From an uncultured archaeon (GTDB taxonomy: Archaea > Altiarchaeota > Altiarchaeia > JAFGQM01): DNA of 64,000 nt. The stretch lies in assembly GCA_964619365.1 (NCBI GenBank), contig CAZUDQ010000004.1:13185-77184 (forward strand), read 5' to 3'. A model generated the notes under the pieces. It saw only the letters and a list, made by a program, of their open reading frames with translations. It searched no databases and was not told where the DNA came from. The stretch's first letter is position 1. Each line of letters opens with the position of its first letter. A program made the translations under genes and the position numbers. Below, piece by piece: positions 46,350-56,645 of this stretch.

Positions 46350-49300
46350 ATGAAAACCACAACAATTGGAAGGATTGGAGCCGTAGTGGCCGGTGCTGCA
46401 ATGTTGGGTACCGCTGTCGCGAGCGCCTTTGCGGGCGCAGCCGTTGATGCAAACCTTACTAAGGGCTTCTTCTTCGATGCCAACATGAACCCACAGGTTC
46501 AGATGGTCGTCGGTGAGAAAGCAATGGCATCAGATGGTGCAGCAGCAGGCCAAATTGCAGCCATGATCGGAAACATGGCATATACCACCGAAACAAAAAC
46601 AATCGGAGGTACAGAAAAAACAGTATCCGGAGGCACAGCAACATGCACACCCTCAGCAGCAGAGTGTGCAAAAGGCGGTGTAGCTAAAGGAACCGTTATC
46701 CTCAGTTATGAGGCAGCGGGAATGATTGGAGAACTCCAGCAGAAAGCGATGGATTGCGAAATCTACACATCCTCAGGGATGGAGATGAACAACCTCACAG
46801 ACGGCGGAGATTCAGGATCTTGGTGCTCGGACAATGAAGTGTTCACATACAAGACGAATGTCGGAACAACACTTGTTGGCGCATGTGCAACAGTATCTGG
46901 AGCAGACGTTGGCCTTCTTAAGGACGGCGAATTCGCAAACGAGATTTGCACAATCTGTTACAACTACTGTGATATCGCACTAGGATGTGAGCCACACAGG
47001 ATGTATGAGTGGATAAACCTCTCATGCGACAAAGTCGGTGTGACATACGACTGTGATGACGAGAAGCTAGAGTTTGACATCAAAGATGGAGCAATAGTAT
47101 ACAATGTCTTTACTGACGATATACTTTCAGGCGACGTCGAAAACGATGAGACAAACCCAAAGCTTGTTGGTCAGTCTTACCTTGGTAAGATAATCCTCGG
47201 TCAGCAGGAGTACTATGTAGAAGATTTAAAAGATGACAAGATCACAATAGTTTGTGGTGCTACAGGAACCGCGACAACTTCAGCATCAATGGAGTATACA
47301 ACTCCAGCCGAAGGTGGTGTCAATGGTGTTGCTTGTGCTCCAGCTGTCGGTGCAGATGCACAGACATACAGCATAAAGCTTGTCGGCGCACAAACAATTG
47401 AAGAAAAAGGTGTTGTTGATGTAACTCTTGAAGTAACAAAGCCAGACGGAACAGTCGAGCAGGTAACATCCGGAATGTCCGGAACGCCCGTTGTCGGTGA
47501 CGTCAAGGTAAAACTCCAGAGAGGAACCGCAGCATCAAACGTCATCACAGGTGAGCAGTCTTTCTCAGCTGAGATTCTTGTTTGGTACGTACCATCAGAA
47601 TACGTATTCGAAGATGATGAACAGTACGATGAGATGGGCCGTGACACAGAAGACATGGACGACGACGACGTACGCGCAGAGTACTCAATTGCCTTCAACG
47701 GTGGAGAGCCTTTAGATATAACAGATCTTTGTTTCCCATCAGGGGATAACCTAGAAGACAAAGAGATACTCTATAATGGCAGCACATCACTTGGCGACCT
47801 TGACATCAAGGAAAACAAGCAGTGTACAGATTGTTACGACGAAGCCAATACAAATGACTTGGACACAGCAGTCCTACGTTTCTTGGAGTTCACACTCCAG
47901 AATGTTGACGAGGATCTAGCAGAAGGAGACTACCTCAGCCTACCGTTTAACGATGGCAAGTACCTCCTTTCCGACATCAAGTTCGGTTACGCAGGCCTAT
48001 TCGACGACAACTTCGTAAGCTATGCAAATCAGGACAAAGTAGAGATGACCTTTGAGATTTCAGATATTGATATCTGGAATGCAACAGAGAGTGAATCCTA
48101 CTCTTGGAGAAGCAAGCTTACTGTGAAGTACAAGGACAAGTACGACGAAACCATAACGGCACGTATGGATCAGGGACCATTCCTCACGACAAACGAAATC
48201 GTGATGATTGAAAACATACCTGTAAAGATCCGCAAGCTGCAGTGGGACAGTGACCTAGGAAACTGGGTACTTAAGTACCGTGCAAAGGATGGCTCAAGCT
48301 GGGATGACAGTGACACACTTGTGAACATTGCAGGTACATCCACAGCAGCCTTAGTTGTTGACGCACAGGTCATTAACGCAAATGCGACTGCAAATTACGC
48401 AAACACATCAACGACAATCGCAGGAAAGGCAGTTGACTTGTATGTTGTGAACACCACAGATTCGGATGACAAGGAGCTTTATATCATGTCAGATGGATCA
48501 ACTGAGGCGCTTCTTGCAACAACAGCTAACCAGGACGTACAAACGCAGTTTAAGGACAAGGTAGTCTTTAGTGCAACAGGAAATATCATAACAGTAGACG
48601 GTGCATCAACAGCTGGTGCAGCAAACGCAGTTACGATAAACTTCTATGAGCACTATGGCAACGCCAGTGCTTGTATACCAGGTGCAGTTCAGACAGAGTG
48701 CTCGCTTGAGAACAACTCAAACGTAAGCGTGTCTTGCTCGCTCTCTGGCGACTGTGCAAAGATTTCAACCGGTAAGGACGACGGAAAGCTAATTTCGCTC
48801 TCTGGCGCCATGATCGATGTTGAAGGTGACGAAGACGTTGAAGTAAACAGTGAGCAGGAGTACCCACAGGCATCAGACGCAATCACAAAGGTTGTTATGA
48901 CTGTCCCTGAAAAGAAGGTACGCCCAACATTGTTCCTCGGACTTGACAGTTCAGTCAACTCGAGCACCGTAATCATCACTGAAGAGCTTGTTGAAACAAT
49001 AGTTTCAATTGGCGGCGTTGAAGTCTTAGTCGAAGAGTTTGGTATTGAAGCCATTATAGCAGGCGTTGAAGTAATCGGCGGTGAACCTGTAACAGTAGCA
49101 TGTGACCCAGTCACAGTAGCCTGTGATACAGAAACCCTCGAGGTCGGAACACCTGTAAACATTGGTTACAAGCTCGTAGTCGTAGAAGGCCAGCAGAACT
49201 CTGCAAAGAACCTCGTACTTGTCGGTGGTCCGGCTGTAAACAGCCTCACAAAAGACCTCGTCACAGTCGACGACCTTTGTAAGGGTGCTTCGCAGGTCAA

Positions 49301-49397
49301 ACTCTATGGCAACAAGCTACTTGTTGCAGGTTGCAGTGCATCAGACACAGCAGCTGCCGCGACAGAGCTTGAGGCTTGGATATCAGCAAATCTCTAA
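46350..49397 (+). CDS. Major S-layer-like protein (Methanococcus-type N/C domains) with a large Cys-rich acidic insert
   Basis: MK..IGRIGAVVAGAAMLG signal, VVGEKAMASDG..A..IAA N-domain, NLVLVGGPAVNSLT..LLVAG..DT..AA C-domain; long leader and strong terminator. Confidence 0.85.
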   Translation: MKTTTIGRIGAVVAGAAMLGTAVASAFAGAAVDANLTKGFFFDANMNPQVQMVVGEKAMASDGAAAGQIAAMIGNMAYTTETKTIGGTEKTVSGGTATCTPSAAECAKGGVAKGTVILSYEAAGMIGELQQKAMDCEIYTSSGMEMNNLTDGGDSGSWCSDNEVFTYKTNVGTTLVGACATVSGADVGLLKDGEFANEICTICYNYCDIALGCEPHRMYEWINLSCDKVGVTYDCDDEKLEFDIKDGAIVYNVFTDDILSGDVENDETNPKLVGQSYLGKIILGQQEYYVEDLKDDKITIVCGATGTATTSASMEYTTPAEGGVNGVACAPAVGADAQTYSIKLVGAQTIEEKGVVDVTLEVTKPDGTVEQVTSGMSGTPVVGDVKVKLQRGTAASNVITGEQSFSAEILVWYVPSEYVFEDDEQYDEMGRDTEDMDDDDVRAEYSIAFNGGEPLDITDLCFPSGDNLEDKEILYNGSTSLGDLDIKENKQCTDCYDEANTNDLDTAVLRFLEFTLQNVDEDLAEGDYLSLPFNDGKYLLSDIKFGYAGLFDDNFVSYANQDKVEMTFEISDIDIWNATESESYSWRSKLTVKYKDKYDETITARMDQGPFLTTNEIVMIENIPVKIRKLQWDSDLGNWVLKYRAKDGSSWDDSDTLVNIAGTSTAALVVDAQVINANATANYANTSTTIAGKAVDLYVVNTTDSDDKELYIMSDGSTEALLATTANQDVQTQFKDKVVFSATGNIITVDGASTAGAANAVTINFYEHYGNASACIPGAVQTECSLENNSNVSVSCSLSGDCAKISTGKDDGKLISLSGAMIDVEGDEDVEVNSEQEYPQASDAITKVVMTVPEKKVRPTLFLGLDSSVNSSTVIITEELVETIVSIGGVEVLVEEFGIEAIIAGVEVIGGEPVTVACDPVTVACDTETLEVGTPVNIGYKLVVVEGQQNSAKNLVLVGGPAVNSLTKDLVTVDDLCKGASQVKLYGNKLLVAGCSASDTAAAATELEAWISANL

Positions 49398-49421
49398 AGA
49401 GACTAGCTACTACCTGAACAA

Positions 49422-49458
49422 TAGCCCCCGTAAAAAGGGGCTAGCTTTTTTATTTTTT
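49422..49458 (+). terminator. Hairpin plus T-tract terminator after the S-layer gene
   Basis: TAGCCCC-CGTAAAAA-GGGGCTA followed by GCTTTTTTATTTTTT. Confidence 0.7.
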
Positions 49459-49588
49459 AGTATGTACGACCGGGTGACCTCCAAGCGGGGCGCCTAGTCT
49501 GTCTACTCTTTTTCTATTAAATTAACTCTTTTTTATATCCAACTTCTAATTTCACGCATCTATTTACTCTATTTACTCTGGGGTATCC

Positions 49589-50602
49589 ATGGCAAAAACA
49601 CCTGTAAAAAAGGCCCCAAAGGGGGATTTTTCAGCATATGAGGATAAAGACCTCAAAGTTTCGCACATAGAAGACATAATTCCGGAAAAAGCAAAGAAAG
49701 GATTTAGGATAGGAAACAATGTCCTTTGGGCGGCATTTGCACTAGTTCTTATTATATTTATAGCATACCCATTTTTTGGGAATATTGTCACAAAGGAACC
49801 CTCACAGACAACAACGATAAATGGTATTAAAGTATCGGCTGACGGAGACCCAATCTCTGCGATAAAATCAATGCCGCAAATGCATCTTAGCGCAAAGCGC
49901 CTTGATGATTATGACGACTCACACGATGCGATAAACGAGATATATGTTACACTCGCTCAGACAAGCGGACAGGCAATAGCCGGGTCAAAAACGCTTCTTG
50001 TTGGAATCGACAAAAACGAGCCTGCGGGCATCACTTTCGGAAAGGATACGATAAAAGTAGTTGGCGCCGATGGCTCATCTCTCTGGAACGCCGTCTGGGC
50101 ACTTACCTCAACTTTACAGGATTTAACGATAGATTCGGGCGGAATGGATCTTTATGAGGTTAAGGACTCTTTTGCAGGAAAGAAAAATATCTATTTTATT
50201 CAAAATCTAAGCGACACGTGCGTTAATTATGGCAGTATAGTTTCAGCTGAAGGCGACATCTTCACATCCATTGGACTAAAACAGGCTGAGTATGGCGCCC
50301 TTGTAACCCACATATACTCTGACGGAAATTTATGTTGGAACGCAACAGATTTAAACGAGAGCAAGTTTGATTGCCCAAAAGCCAGCCCTGATGATTATGT
50401 TATATGGATGACACGCGGAGATTCAGCCCGCCTTGACATAAGTCCGGATGACATGACATTTACATACGTATCCTGTTCTCAAGTACCTCTACAATCAACA
50501 ATAGTCGCTGACATAATAGAACCGACACGCGTGAGTGCGATTGCAGGCATAGTATTCCCTGAAAACTCAGGTTCTCTAAGTTACGGACTTGAAGAATTCT
50601 AA
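49589..50602 (+). CDS. Hypothetical membrane-anchored protein
   Basis: Basic N-terminus, single TM, extracellular domain with 4 Cys. Confidence 0.6.
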   Translation: MAKTPVKKAPKGDFSAYEDKDLKVSHIEDIIPEKAKKGFRIGNNVLWAAFALVLIIFIAYPFFGNIVTKEPSQTTTINGIKVSADGDPISAIKSMPQMHLSAKRLDDYDDSHDAINEIYVTLAQTSGQAIAGSKTLLVGIDKNEPAGITFGKDTIKVVGADGSSLWNAVWALTSTLQDLTIDSGGMDLYEVKDSFAGKKNIYFIQNLSDTCVNYGSIVSAEGDIFTSIGLKQAEYGALVTHIYSDGNLCWNATDLNESKFDCPKASPDDYVIWMTRGDSARLDISPDDMTFTYVSCSQVPLQSTIVADIIEPTRVSAIAGIVFPENSGSLSYGLEEF

Positions 50603-50623
50603 ATTTAACAAACCTTTTTTGAA

Positions 50624-51700
50624 ATGGCAGACAACGGATCACTTGTGGACGGAAAAGTAGTAAAAGAGATGTATGAAGACGGTGCAGTTTATACTTCTTT
50701 TGGAGACTATTGGCGGCGCAGGTACGGCTACAAAGTCTTTAAGATACCTCTTAACGGGAATTTCACATGCCCTAATTGGGACGGACGACTTTCAGACTCT
50801 GGGTGCACATTTTGCCCTTCTTTTGCACGCCAGTTCACATACGAAAGCTTCCGCGACGTTCTTGACAAAGAAGTAAAAGAGCAGGTAAAACACCAGATAA
50901 ATCACTATAAGTCAATGGGCGCCGGAGAAAAAGCGCAGGTGTATGTTGCATTTGGAACAAACACATATAAGCCACTTCCCGAACTAAAAAAACTCTTTGA
51001 TGCGTGTCTTGACCACCCTGATGTAATAGGGTTATCTGTCGGAACGCGCCCTGATTGCCTTCCTGATGAGGTTCTTGACCTTCTTGGAAGCTATGTTAAA
51101 CAGGGAAAAGACGTATGGATAGAGCTTGGAACGCAGTCAGTTCACATGCACACTCTTGAGCGCGTACAGCGAAGGCATGGCTTTGCCGAAAACATCCGCG
51201 TTGTAAATGAAGCACACAAACGTGGCATCTCAGTAATTGCATTTATCATAATGGGAATGCCCTATGAGACTCCTACTGAAATGAACGAAACTGCAAGAAT
51301 TGTTTCTGTAATGGGTTTTGACGCAGTAAAGTTCTATCCCCTTGTAGTAATGGAAAATACAATCCTTGCAAACCAGTTTCGCGAGGGCGACTACAGGCCT
51401 CTTGGGAGGGATGAATATGTTAATATAACCGCAGATTTCCTTGAACACCTTGATAAGGATGTCATTATACAAAGATTATCAAAGGATTGCGGCATGGAGG
51501 GAAAGCTTGCTCCGGAATGGGACACATACCGCCTTAAGATAGCGCCACGTGTTGAAAAGGAACTTAAACGCAGGGGAACCCACCAAGGAGACAAGTTAAA
51601 GCTCACACTAAGCGTTGAAGAGCTTGTCCCGCTAAAAGATGCAGAAACAAACATCATTCGCCGCGAAAAAGCTGATGATGCAAAGCGAGTAAAGCTTTAA
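50624..51700 (+). CDS. Radical SAM protein, YhcC/YtqA (TIGR01212) family
   Basis: FTCPNWDG..GCTFC, TNTY, GLSVGTRPDC, ELGTQS, R.HG. Confidence 0.88.
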   Translation: MADNGSLVDGKVVKEMYEDGAVYTSFGDYWRRRYGYKVFKIPLNGNFTCPNWDGRLSDSGCTFCPSFARQFTYESFRDVLDKEVKEQVKHQINHYKSMGAGEKAQVYVAFGTNTYKPLPELKKLFDACLDHPDVIGLSVGTRPDCLPDEVLDLLGSYVKQGKDVWIELGTQSVHMHTLERVQRRHGFAENIRVVNEAHKRGISVIAFIIMGMPYETPTEMNETARIVSVMGFDAVKFYPLVVMENTILANQFREGDYRPLGRDEYVNITADFLEHLDKDVIIQRLSKDCGMEGKLAPEWDTYRLKIAPRVEKELKRRGTHQGDKLKLTLSVEELVPLKDAETNIIRREKADDAKRVKL

Positions 51701-51840
51701 TTCCGCCAATCGGATTGTTAAGGGCGTAAAAATAGGACTTCTTTGAAAGCAAAATGAGTAATAGCTCTTGCTAAGTTTACAGCAAAAGCTAAGGTGCAAA
51801 TAGAACAAAAGAAAAGGAACTAATAGATAAGTCCCTTAGT

Positions 51841-52752
51841 TTAGTCTAAATCCTGTAAGAACAAGAGATCCTCAGTCTTAATGACTCCACCGCCCTTAAG
51901 TGCGGACATAAGATCGTCGGTCTTTTCTTCTTGGTCCTTCTTGAGCTTTTCAATCTGCTCGCGCCTCTCTCGTGTTCTCTTGATGCCTTGTGCATCTTCT
52001 TCAGCACGGAGTTCATTTAAGGCGACAACAAATTTTTCATGGGCAAGGTCGACTTCCCTTTTTGTCTCAAGGAATATTTCCTCAGCCTTTTTTGCTTTCT
52101 CACGCTTGCCGTCTACTTTTTTGTAGATTTCATGCATGGCCGCATGGGCTTCTTCACCCCTGTCGGATTGTCCAAGAAGTTCCTTGTGAAATTGATCTGC
52201 CCGTGTTCTAAGAGTTTTTAGTTCTTTGTCAAGGTTTTTTGCCTCAGAAGTTACGGGAACCGATTCTTCGTAGTCTGCAAGCTTTATTGCAAGTGTTTCA
52301 ATCTGGCGCACCATGACCTTTTCACGGGCTTTTGAGACTGGTGAGGTCTGAAGTTTCCATTCAAGGCGCTCAGCTTCTTCCTTGGTTTTTTCGTACTCTC
52401 TGCGGTTCATGCCGCCGGTACTTACACCACGCATGCTTGAGAGGGCTTTGTTCATCTCAGCAATCTTAGCGTTTGCTTCGTCGCGTTTAATCTTGAATTC
52501 CGAGACTTTCTTATTTGCGTCGTCTCGAGTCTCCTTGTGTACTCTAGCCTCTTTTAGGAGCTTATCAATCTCATTGTAAAAACCCATGATACTGTCGCGT
52601 TTTGAGCGCAACTTGGCGTTAAGGTCGTCGCGCTCCTTTTTTGCAGCGTTGACTTTAACCCTCAAAGTATCTAGTCTCTTTTTACCGTCTTTCTTACCTT
52701 CTTTTGGCACATTTGCCTCTACCGTCTTGTTGTTCGTCGTTTCGGAAGCCAT
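51841..52752 (-). CDS. Archaeal coiled-coil protein (COG1340-like)
   Basis: Repeated RD.LN/RD.AN heptads, LEWKLQT, AD.FH, C-terminal G..I.TEDLLFLQ. Confidence 0.75.
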   Translation of the reverse strand: MASETTNNKTVEANVPKEGKKDGKKRLDTLRVKVNAAKKERDDLNAKLRSKRDSIMGFYNEIDKLLKEARVHKETRDDANKKVSEFKIKRDEANAKIAEMNKALSSMRGVSTGGMNRREYEKTKEEAERLEWKLQTSPVSKAREKVMVRQIETLAIKLADYEESVPVTSEAKNLDKELKTLRTRADQFHKELLGQSDRGEEAHAAMHEIYKKVDGKREKAKKAEEIFLETKREVDLAHEKFVVALNELRAEEDAQGIKRTRERREQIEKLKKDQEEKTDDLMSALKGGGVIKTEDLLFLQDLD

Positions 52753-52815
52753 TTACATCGAGCCTCGTTTATAAAATTAATACAAATCTAAGGATTATCG
52801 AGTAGTTAGAGGATT

Positions 52816-52833
52816 AGGGTATTTAAATACCCT
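52816..52833. promoter_or_regulatory. Perfect 18-bp palindrome centred on a TATA-like core
   Basis: AGGGTATTTAAATACCCT, about 65 nt upstream of the COG1340-like start. Confidence 0.45.
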
Positions 52834-52919
52834 GGTTCCACCCAATCCATTTAAAGAGAGATTATTAAATAAAAAAATTAAAAAAGAGGCTTTTGCCTCC
52901 CTTCTTTTTCCTTAATTAA

Positions 52920-53186
52920 TTATATGTCAAAGGAAATGTTTTCTTCTAAGAATTGTTCCACTTCATCTAATTCGGCAATCATGCCATCTATTTTTTGCAG
53001 TTCTTCTTCAAGGGCGCTTAAATCTAAAGTTTCACTTTTGTCCTCAAGACCGGTGATACCCGTTACTATGGGTTCTTTTTCCTTTGGCGTGTTTGTGCCA
53101 CCCATAAGCAGTACAGAGACGATTACCAATATAGCAACAAGGGCGATTGCACCAATAATTATTCTTTTGTCCATTTTGATAGTCAT
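52920..53186 (-). CDS. Small membrane-anchored protein
   Basis: N-terminal TM and acidic amphipathic helix; overlaps the stop of the upstream gene. Confidence 0.6.
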   Translation of the reverse strand: MTIKMDKRIIIGAIALVAILVIVSVLLMGGTNTPKEKEPIVTGITGLEDKSETLDLSALEEELQKIDGMIAELDEVEQFLEENISFDI

Positions 53187-54055
53187 AGTGTATTATCTGT
53201 CTTAAGTTCTGTAATCAAATCAGACAGAAGACCTCTTGCCGTTTCTAGTTTTTCTCGGGTCTGCGTTATGTAACGATTGACCAGCCCTTCTCCCAAGTCC
53301 GATAAGTTGCCAAGACTAAGACCCGCTTCATCCATAGCAGAATCAAACTTGTCAATAACTGAACTTATCTTATCTGAGCTGTTTCCCGCAGTCAAGCGAG
53401 TCTTTATTTGCTCACGCAGGGCTCTAGTCAGATTTTTTGTGACATCTGTCGCATTTTTTATCCGTTCCCTAATCCTAACGCTTTCTTGCAACGCGATTTC
53501 TTCTCTTAACCTGGCAAACTCTTCTTTGACCTTTGGTGCAACTTCCCTTAGTTGCCCCATAGTCTCAGAGTTCATGACCTTTTCCCTATAACTATCAAAG
53601 GTTGTAACTATTCCGGAAAGCGTTCTATTTTTGATTTCCCCCGCGCTTGCGTTTCCTGCGACCTTGCGCATTTGAGCCTCAGCCATCTTAAGCGAGTCGT
53701 TTACGGCGCTGAACAAATACCCCTTCGCATTCCTGAAATAGTCCTGTGAATTGTTATCGGCCTTTAGCGTCTGGTACTGTTTCTCAAGTTCGCCAAGACG
53801 TTTAGTCTCCGTCTTCATGTTTGTGGCACTAACAGCCTTCAGGGGGGCAGAATCTGTATTTCTTACCGCAACAATGTTTGCATTTTGCACATTTTTTACA
53901 CTGTCGTTTACCTGTATTGCAACGGCCGTGATGCTTTTTGCATTAGTTGTTTTGGCAGTCTTTGCATCAAGTATTGGCGCGCCGAGTGCGCATGGCATGG
54001 CAAAAGATAAAAGAACTAAAGCCAAAACCATTCCCATTAAATAGTTTTTTTTCAT
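53183..54055 (-). CDS. Exported helical/coiled-coil protein
   Basis: MKKNYL.. signal peptide followed by an all-alpha region. Confidence 0.65.
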   Translation of the reverse strand: MKKNYLMGMVLALVLLSFAMPCALGAPILDAKTAKTTNAKSITAVAIQVNDSVKNVQNANIVAVRNTDSAPLKAVSATNMKTETKRLGELEKQYQTLKADNNSQDYFRNAKGYLFSAVNDSLKMAEAQMRKVAGNASAGEIKNRTLSGIVTTFDSYREKVMNSETMGQLREVAPKVKEEFARLREEIALQESVRIRERIKNATDVTKNLTRALREQIKTRLTAGNSSDKISSVIDKFDSAMDEAGLSLGNLSDLGEGLVNRYITQTREKLETARGLLSDLITELKTDNTL

Positions 54056-54056
54056 T

Positions 54057-54401
54057 TTATTTTTTAGATTTATGTTTAACCTTGACTGCGGTTCCATATG
54101 CGACAAATTCGAGAAGGTCGCCTCCCGGTGAAAGGGCTTCTAACCTGACTGAGACAACACCATTTGCACCCATATTCTGGGCTGAAGCAATCATTCGCTC
54201 ACTTGCCGCCTGACGCGCTTCAGAAGCCTGCGCCTGCGCCACTTCTAAGAACTTTTTCTTGTTTCTTTCACGAACAGGACCAATCCAGCTCTGTTTTTTC
54301 TTGAGGCGCACCTCAGTTCCCCAGCAAATGCCAAGAGTCTTTTCTAAAACATAACCCTCCGGAACGTCGCTTGTCGCGAGCAATATGAATTTATCAGCCA
54401 T
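54057..54401 (-). CDS. YbjQ/UPF0145 family protein
   Basis: T.DVP.GY..LG..G, EAR..A.ERM..A..MGANGVV.VR, AYGTAVK. Confidence 0.85.
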   Translation of the reverse strand: MADKFILLATSDVPEGYVLEKTLGICWGTEVRLKKKQSWIGPVRERNKKKFLEVAQAQASEARQAASERMIASAQNMGANGVVSVRLEALSPGGDLLEFVAYGTAVKVKHKSKK

Positions 54402-54449
54402 TTTTCTATACTTTTATTAGCTCTTTATGTAAATAAAGTCGTTTTAGAA

Positions 54450-55400
54450 ATGGAACTTGAGACTCCGTGGGTGGAGAAGTATCGTCCTCAGACAATTTCA
54501 GACGTCTCGGGGCACGATGAAATAAAACAGAGGCTTGAAGCTTATTCGCGCGAAAGTTCAATGCCGCACCTTCTTTTTGCAGGTCCTGCAGGCACTGGGA
54601 AGACAAGTAGCGCCCTTGCTCTTGCCAAGCAGGTTTTTGACGGTAGGATGGAAGGAAACTTCCTAGAACTCAATGCAAGTGATGAGCGTGGGATTGATGT
54701 CGTGCGAAACAATATAAAGGATTTTGCAAGGACAATGAGCCTTGGCGAGGCTCCATTTAAGATAATCTTTTTAGATGAGGCTGATGCTCTTACAAACGAC
54801 GCCCAAAACGCCCTTAGGCGCACTATGGAGCGCTATACAAGGACTTGTCGCTTTATCCTCTCATGCAATTACTCATCAAAGATAATCGACCCATTGCAGT
54901 CAAGATGCGCACTTTTCAGGTTCACGCGAATTCCAGACAAGGCGATTTCAGAGCGTCTTGAGATGATATCCCAAAAAGAAGGCGTGTCCTTTGATGCTGG
55001 CGGAATCGAGGCAGTTCTTTATGTTGCTGACGGTGACCTTAGGCGCGCAATAAACGTCCTTCAGGCAACAGCGGCCTCAGCCAAAAACGTAACAGAAAAA
55101 GACGTTTATCTTGTCGCGTCGCGCGCAAGACCTGAAATGGTGAGGGAGCTTATGGAAAAAGGAATATCAGGAGATTTTTTGGCCGCAAGGAAAATGCTCG
55201 ATGATCTTCTTATAACAAGGTCAATCTCAGGCGAGGAGATACTCTTGCAGATGCATAAGGAAATTGAAAACCTAAACATATCAAACGAAAAAAAACTCGG
55301 TATGGTCAAGCTTATAGGGGACTACAACTTCAGGCTTGTTGAAGGTGCAAACGAGAAGATACAGCTTGACGCGCTTTGTGCGCAGATGGGAACCCTATAA
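54450..55400 (+). CDS. rfcS: Replication factor C small subunit
   Basis: PWVEKYRP, GPAGTGKT, LELNASDERGID, LDEAD, QSRC, GDLRRAIN; no intein. Confidence 0.97.
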   Translation: MELETPWVEKYRPQTISDVSGHDEIKQRLEAYSRESSMPHLLFAGPAGTGKTSSALALAKQVFDGRMEGNFLELNASDERGIDVVRNNIKDFARTMSLGEAPFKIIFLDEADALTNDAQNALRRTMERYTRTCRFILSCNYSSKIIDPLQSRCALFRFTRIPDKAISERLEMISQKEGVSFDAGGIEAVLYVADGDLRRAINVLQATAASAKNVTEKDVYLVASRARPEMVRELMEKGISGDFLAARKMLDDLLITRSISGEEILLQMHKEIENLNISNEKKLGMVKLIGDYNFRLVEGANEKIQLDALCAQMGTL

Positions 55401-55437
55401 TCTATTAACTAAAAACACTAACTAGTAATACAATAAG

Positions 55438-55686
55438 ATGGAAGTAACACTCTACCACAGCCCCACATGCCCATACTGTAAGATGGCAAAAGACATGCTT
55501 GATAAAAGCGGGATTAAATACAAGTCAGTAGACGTTTCTGCATCAAAAAAAGTAGCAGAGGGGATGATTGAAAAATCCGGCCAGATGGGAGTTCCAGTCA
55601 TATTCTTTGGCGAAGAAAAAGTGATAGGATTTGACGCATCATCAATAGAAGCTGGAATAAAACTGGCAAAAAAGGAATCTAAATGA
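55438..55686 (+). CDS. Glutaredoxin-like protein
   Basis: CPYC active site, SGQMGVPVI, IGFD. Confidence 0.9.
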   Translation: MEVTLYHSPTCPYCKMAKDMLDKSGIKYKSVDVSASKKVAEGMIEKSGQMGVPVIFFGEEKVIGFDASSIEAGIKLAKKESK

Positions 55687-56618
55687 CTGTGCAAACAGAC
55701 TTAGTCATTGTGGGTGGTGGACCCGCAGGCCTTAGTGCCGCGATATACGCCGCAAGATTCAGGCTTGATACTGTAGTTGTTGCTCAGGAACCGGGAGGAA
55801 CGCTTGCAAAGACTCATCTTGTTGAAAACTGGCCCGGGGAAAAGTCAATTAGCGGAGCTGACCTTATGTCAAAGATTCTCGAACATGCTGAAAGTTCGGG
55901 CGCAAAAATAGAGTATGACCTAGTTAAGTCCGCTGAAAAGAAAGGAGCTGTCTTTTCCTGTGAACTGGATTCAGGAGAAAAAATAGAGTCAAAAGCCATA
56001 ATTCTTGCAACAGGTTCAAAACCAAGAAAGCTTGGCGCCCCCGGAGAAGACGAGTTCTTTGGAAAAGGGGTCTCATACTGTGCAGTATGTGACGGCATGT
56101 TTTTTAAGGATAAGACAGTTGCCGTCCTTGGGGGGAGCGACTCAGCCGCAAAAGCCGCGATATACCTTGCAGATATCGCAAAAGAGGTTTATGTGATATA
56201 CCGTCGCGAGAAGATACGCGCTGAACCAATAAACCTCGAGCGTCTTGAATCAAAAAAGAACGTTACAATAATCACAAAAACTAATGTTACCGGGATAATG
56301 GGTGAAAATCTTGTCAAGTCCCTTAAGCTCGATAATAAGTATAAGGGAAGCGATAGTTTGTCGGTTGACGGGGTATTTGTCGAAATAGGCCACGAACCTC
56401 AATCTGAACTTGCCCGCGAGCTTGGCGCAAAATTATCTGAAAATGGAGAAGTTATTACAGGCCCACATGGCAAGACGAATATTGACGGCTTGTTTTGTGC
56501 AGGGGACTTGTGTGCAGGAAGCTTCAAGCAGGCGATAACTGCCGCTGCGGCAGGAGCAAATGCCGCAGATTCTGTCTATTCTTTTTTGTCAGGAAACGAG
56601 GTTAAAACAAGCCTTTGA
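55683..56618 (+). CDS. trxB: Thioredoxin-disulfide reductase
   Basis: GGGPAGLSAA, ATGS, GVSYCAVCDG, GVFVEIG, AGD. Confidence 0.92.
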   Translation: MTVQTDLVIVGGGPAGLSAAIYAARFRLDTVVVAQEPGGTLAKTHLVENWPGEKSISGADLMSKILEHAESSGAKIEYDLVKSAEKKGAVFSCELDSGEKIESKAIILATGSKPRKLGAPGEDEFFGKGVSYCAVCDGMFFKDKTVAVLGGSDSAAKAAIYLADIAKEVYVIYRREKIRAEPINLERLESKKNVTIITKTNVTGIMGENLVKSLKLDNKYKGSDSLSVDGVFVEIGHEPQSELARELGAKLSENGEVITGPHGKTNIDGLFCAGDLCAGSFKQAITAAAAGANAADSVYSFLSGNEVKTSL

Positions 56619-56645
56619 TTTTTTCTGGGATACATTTAGGAACTT

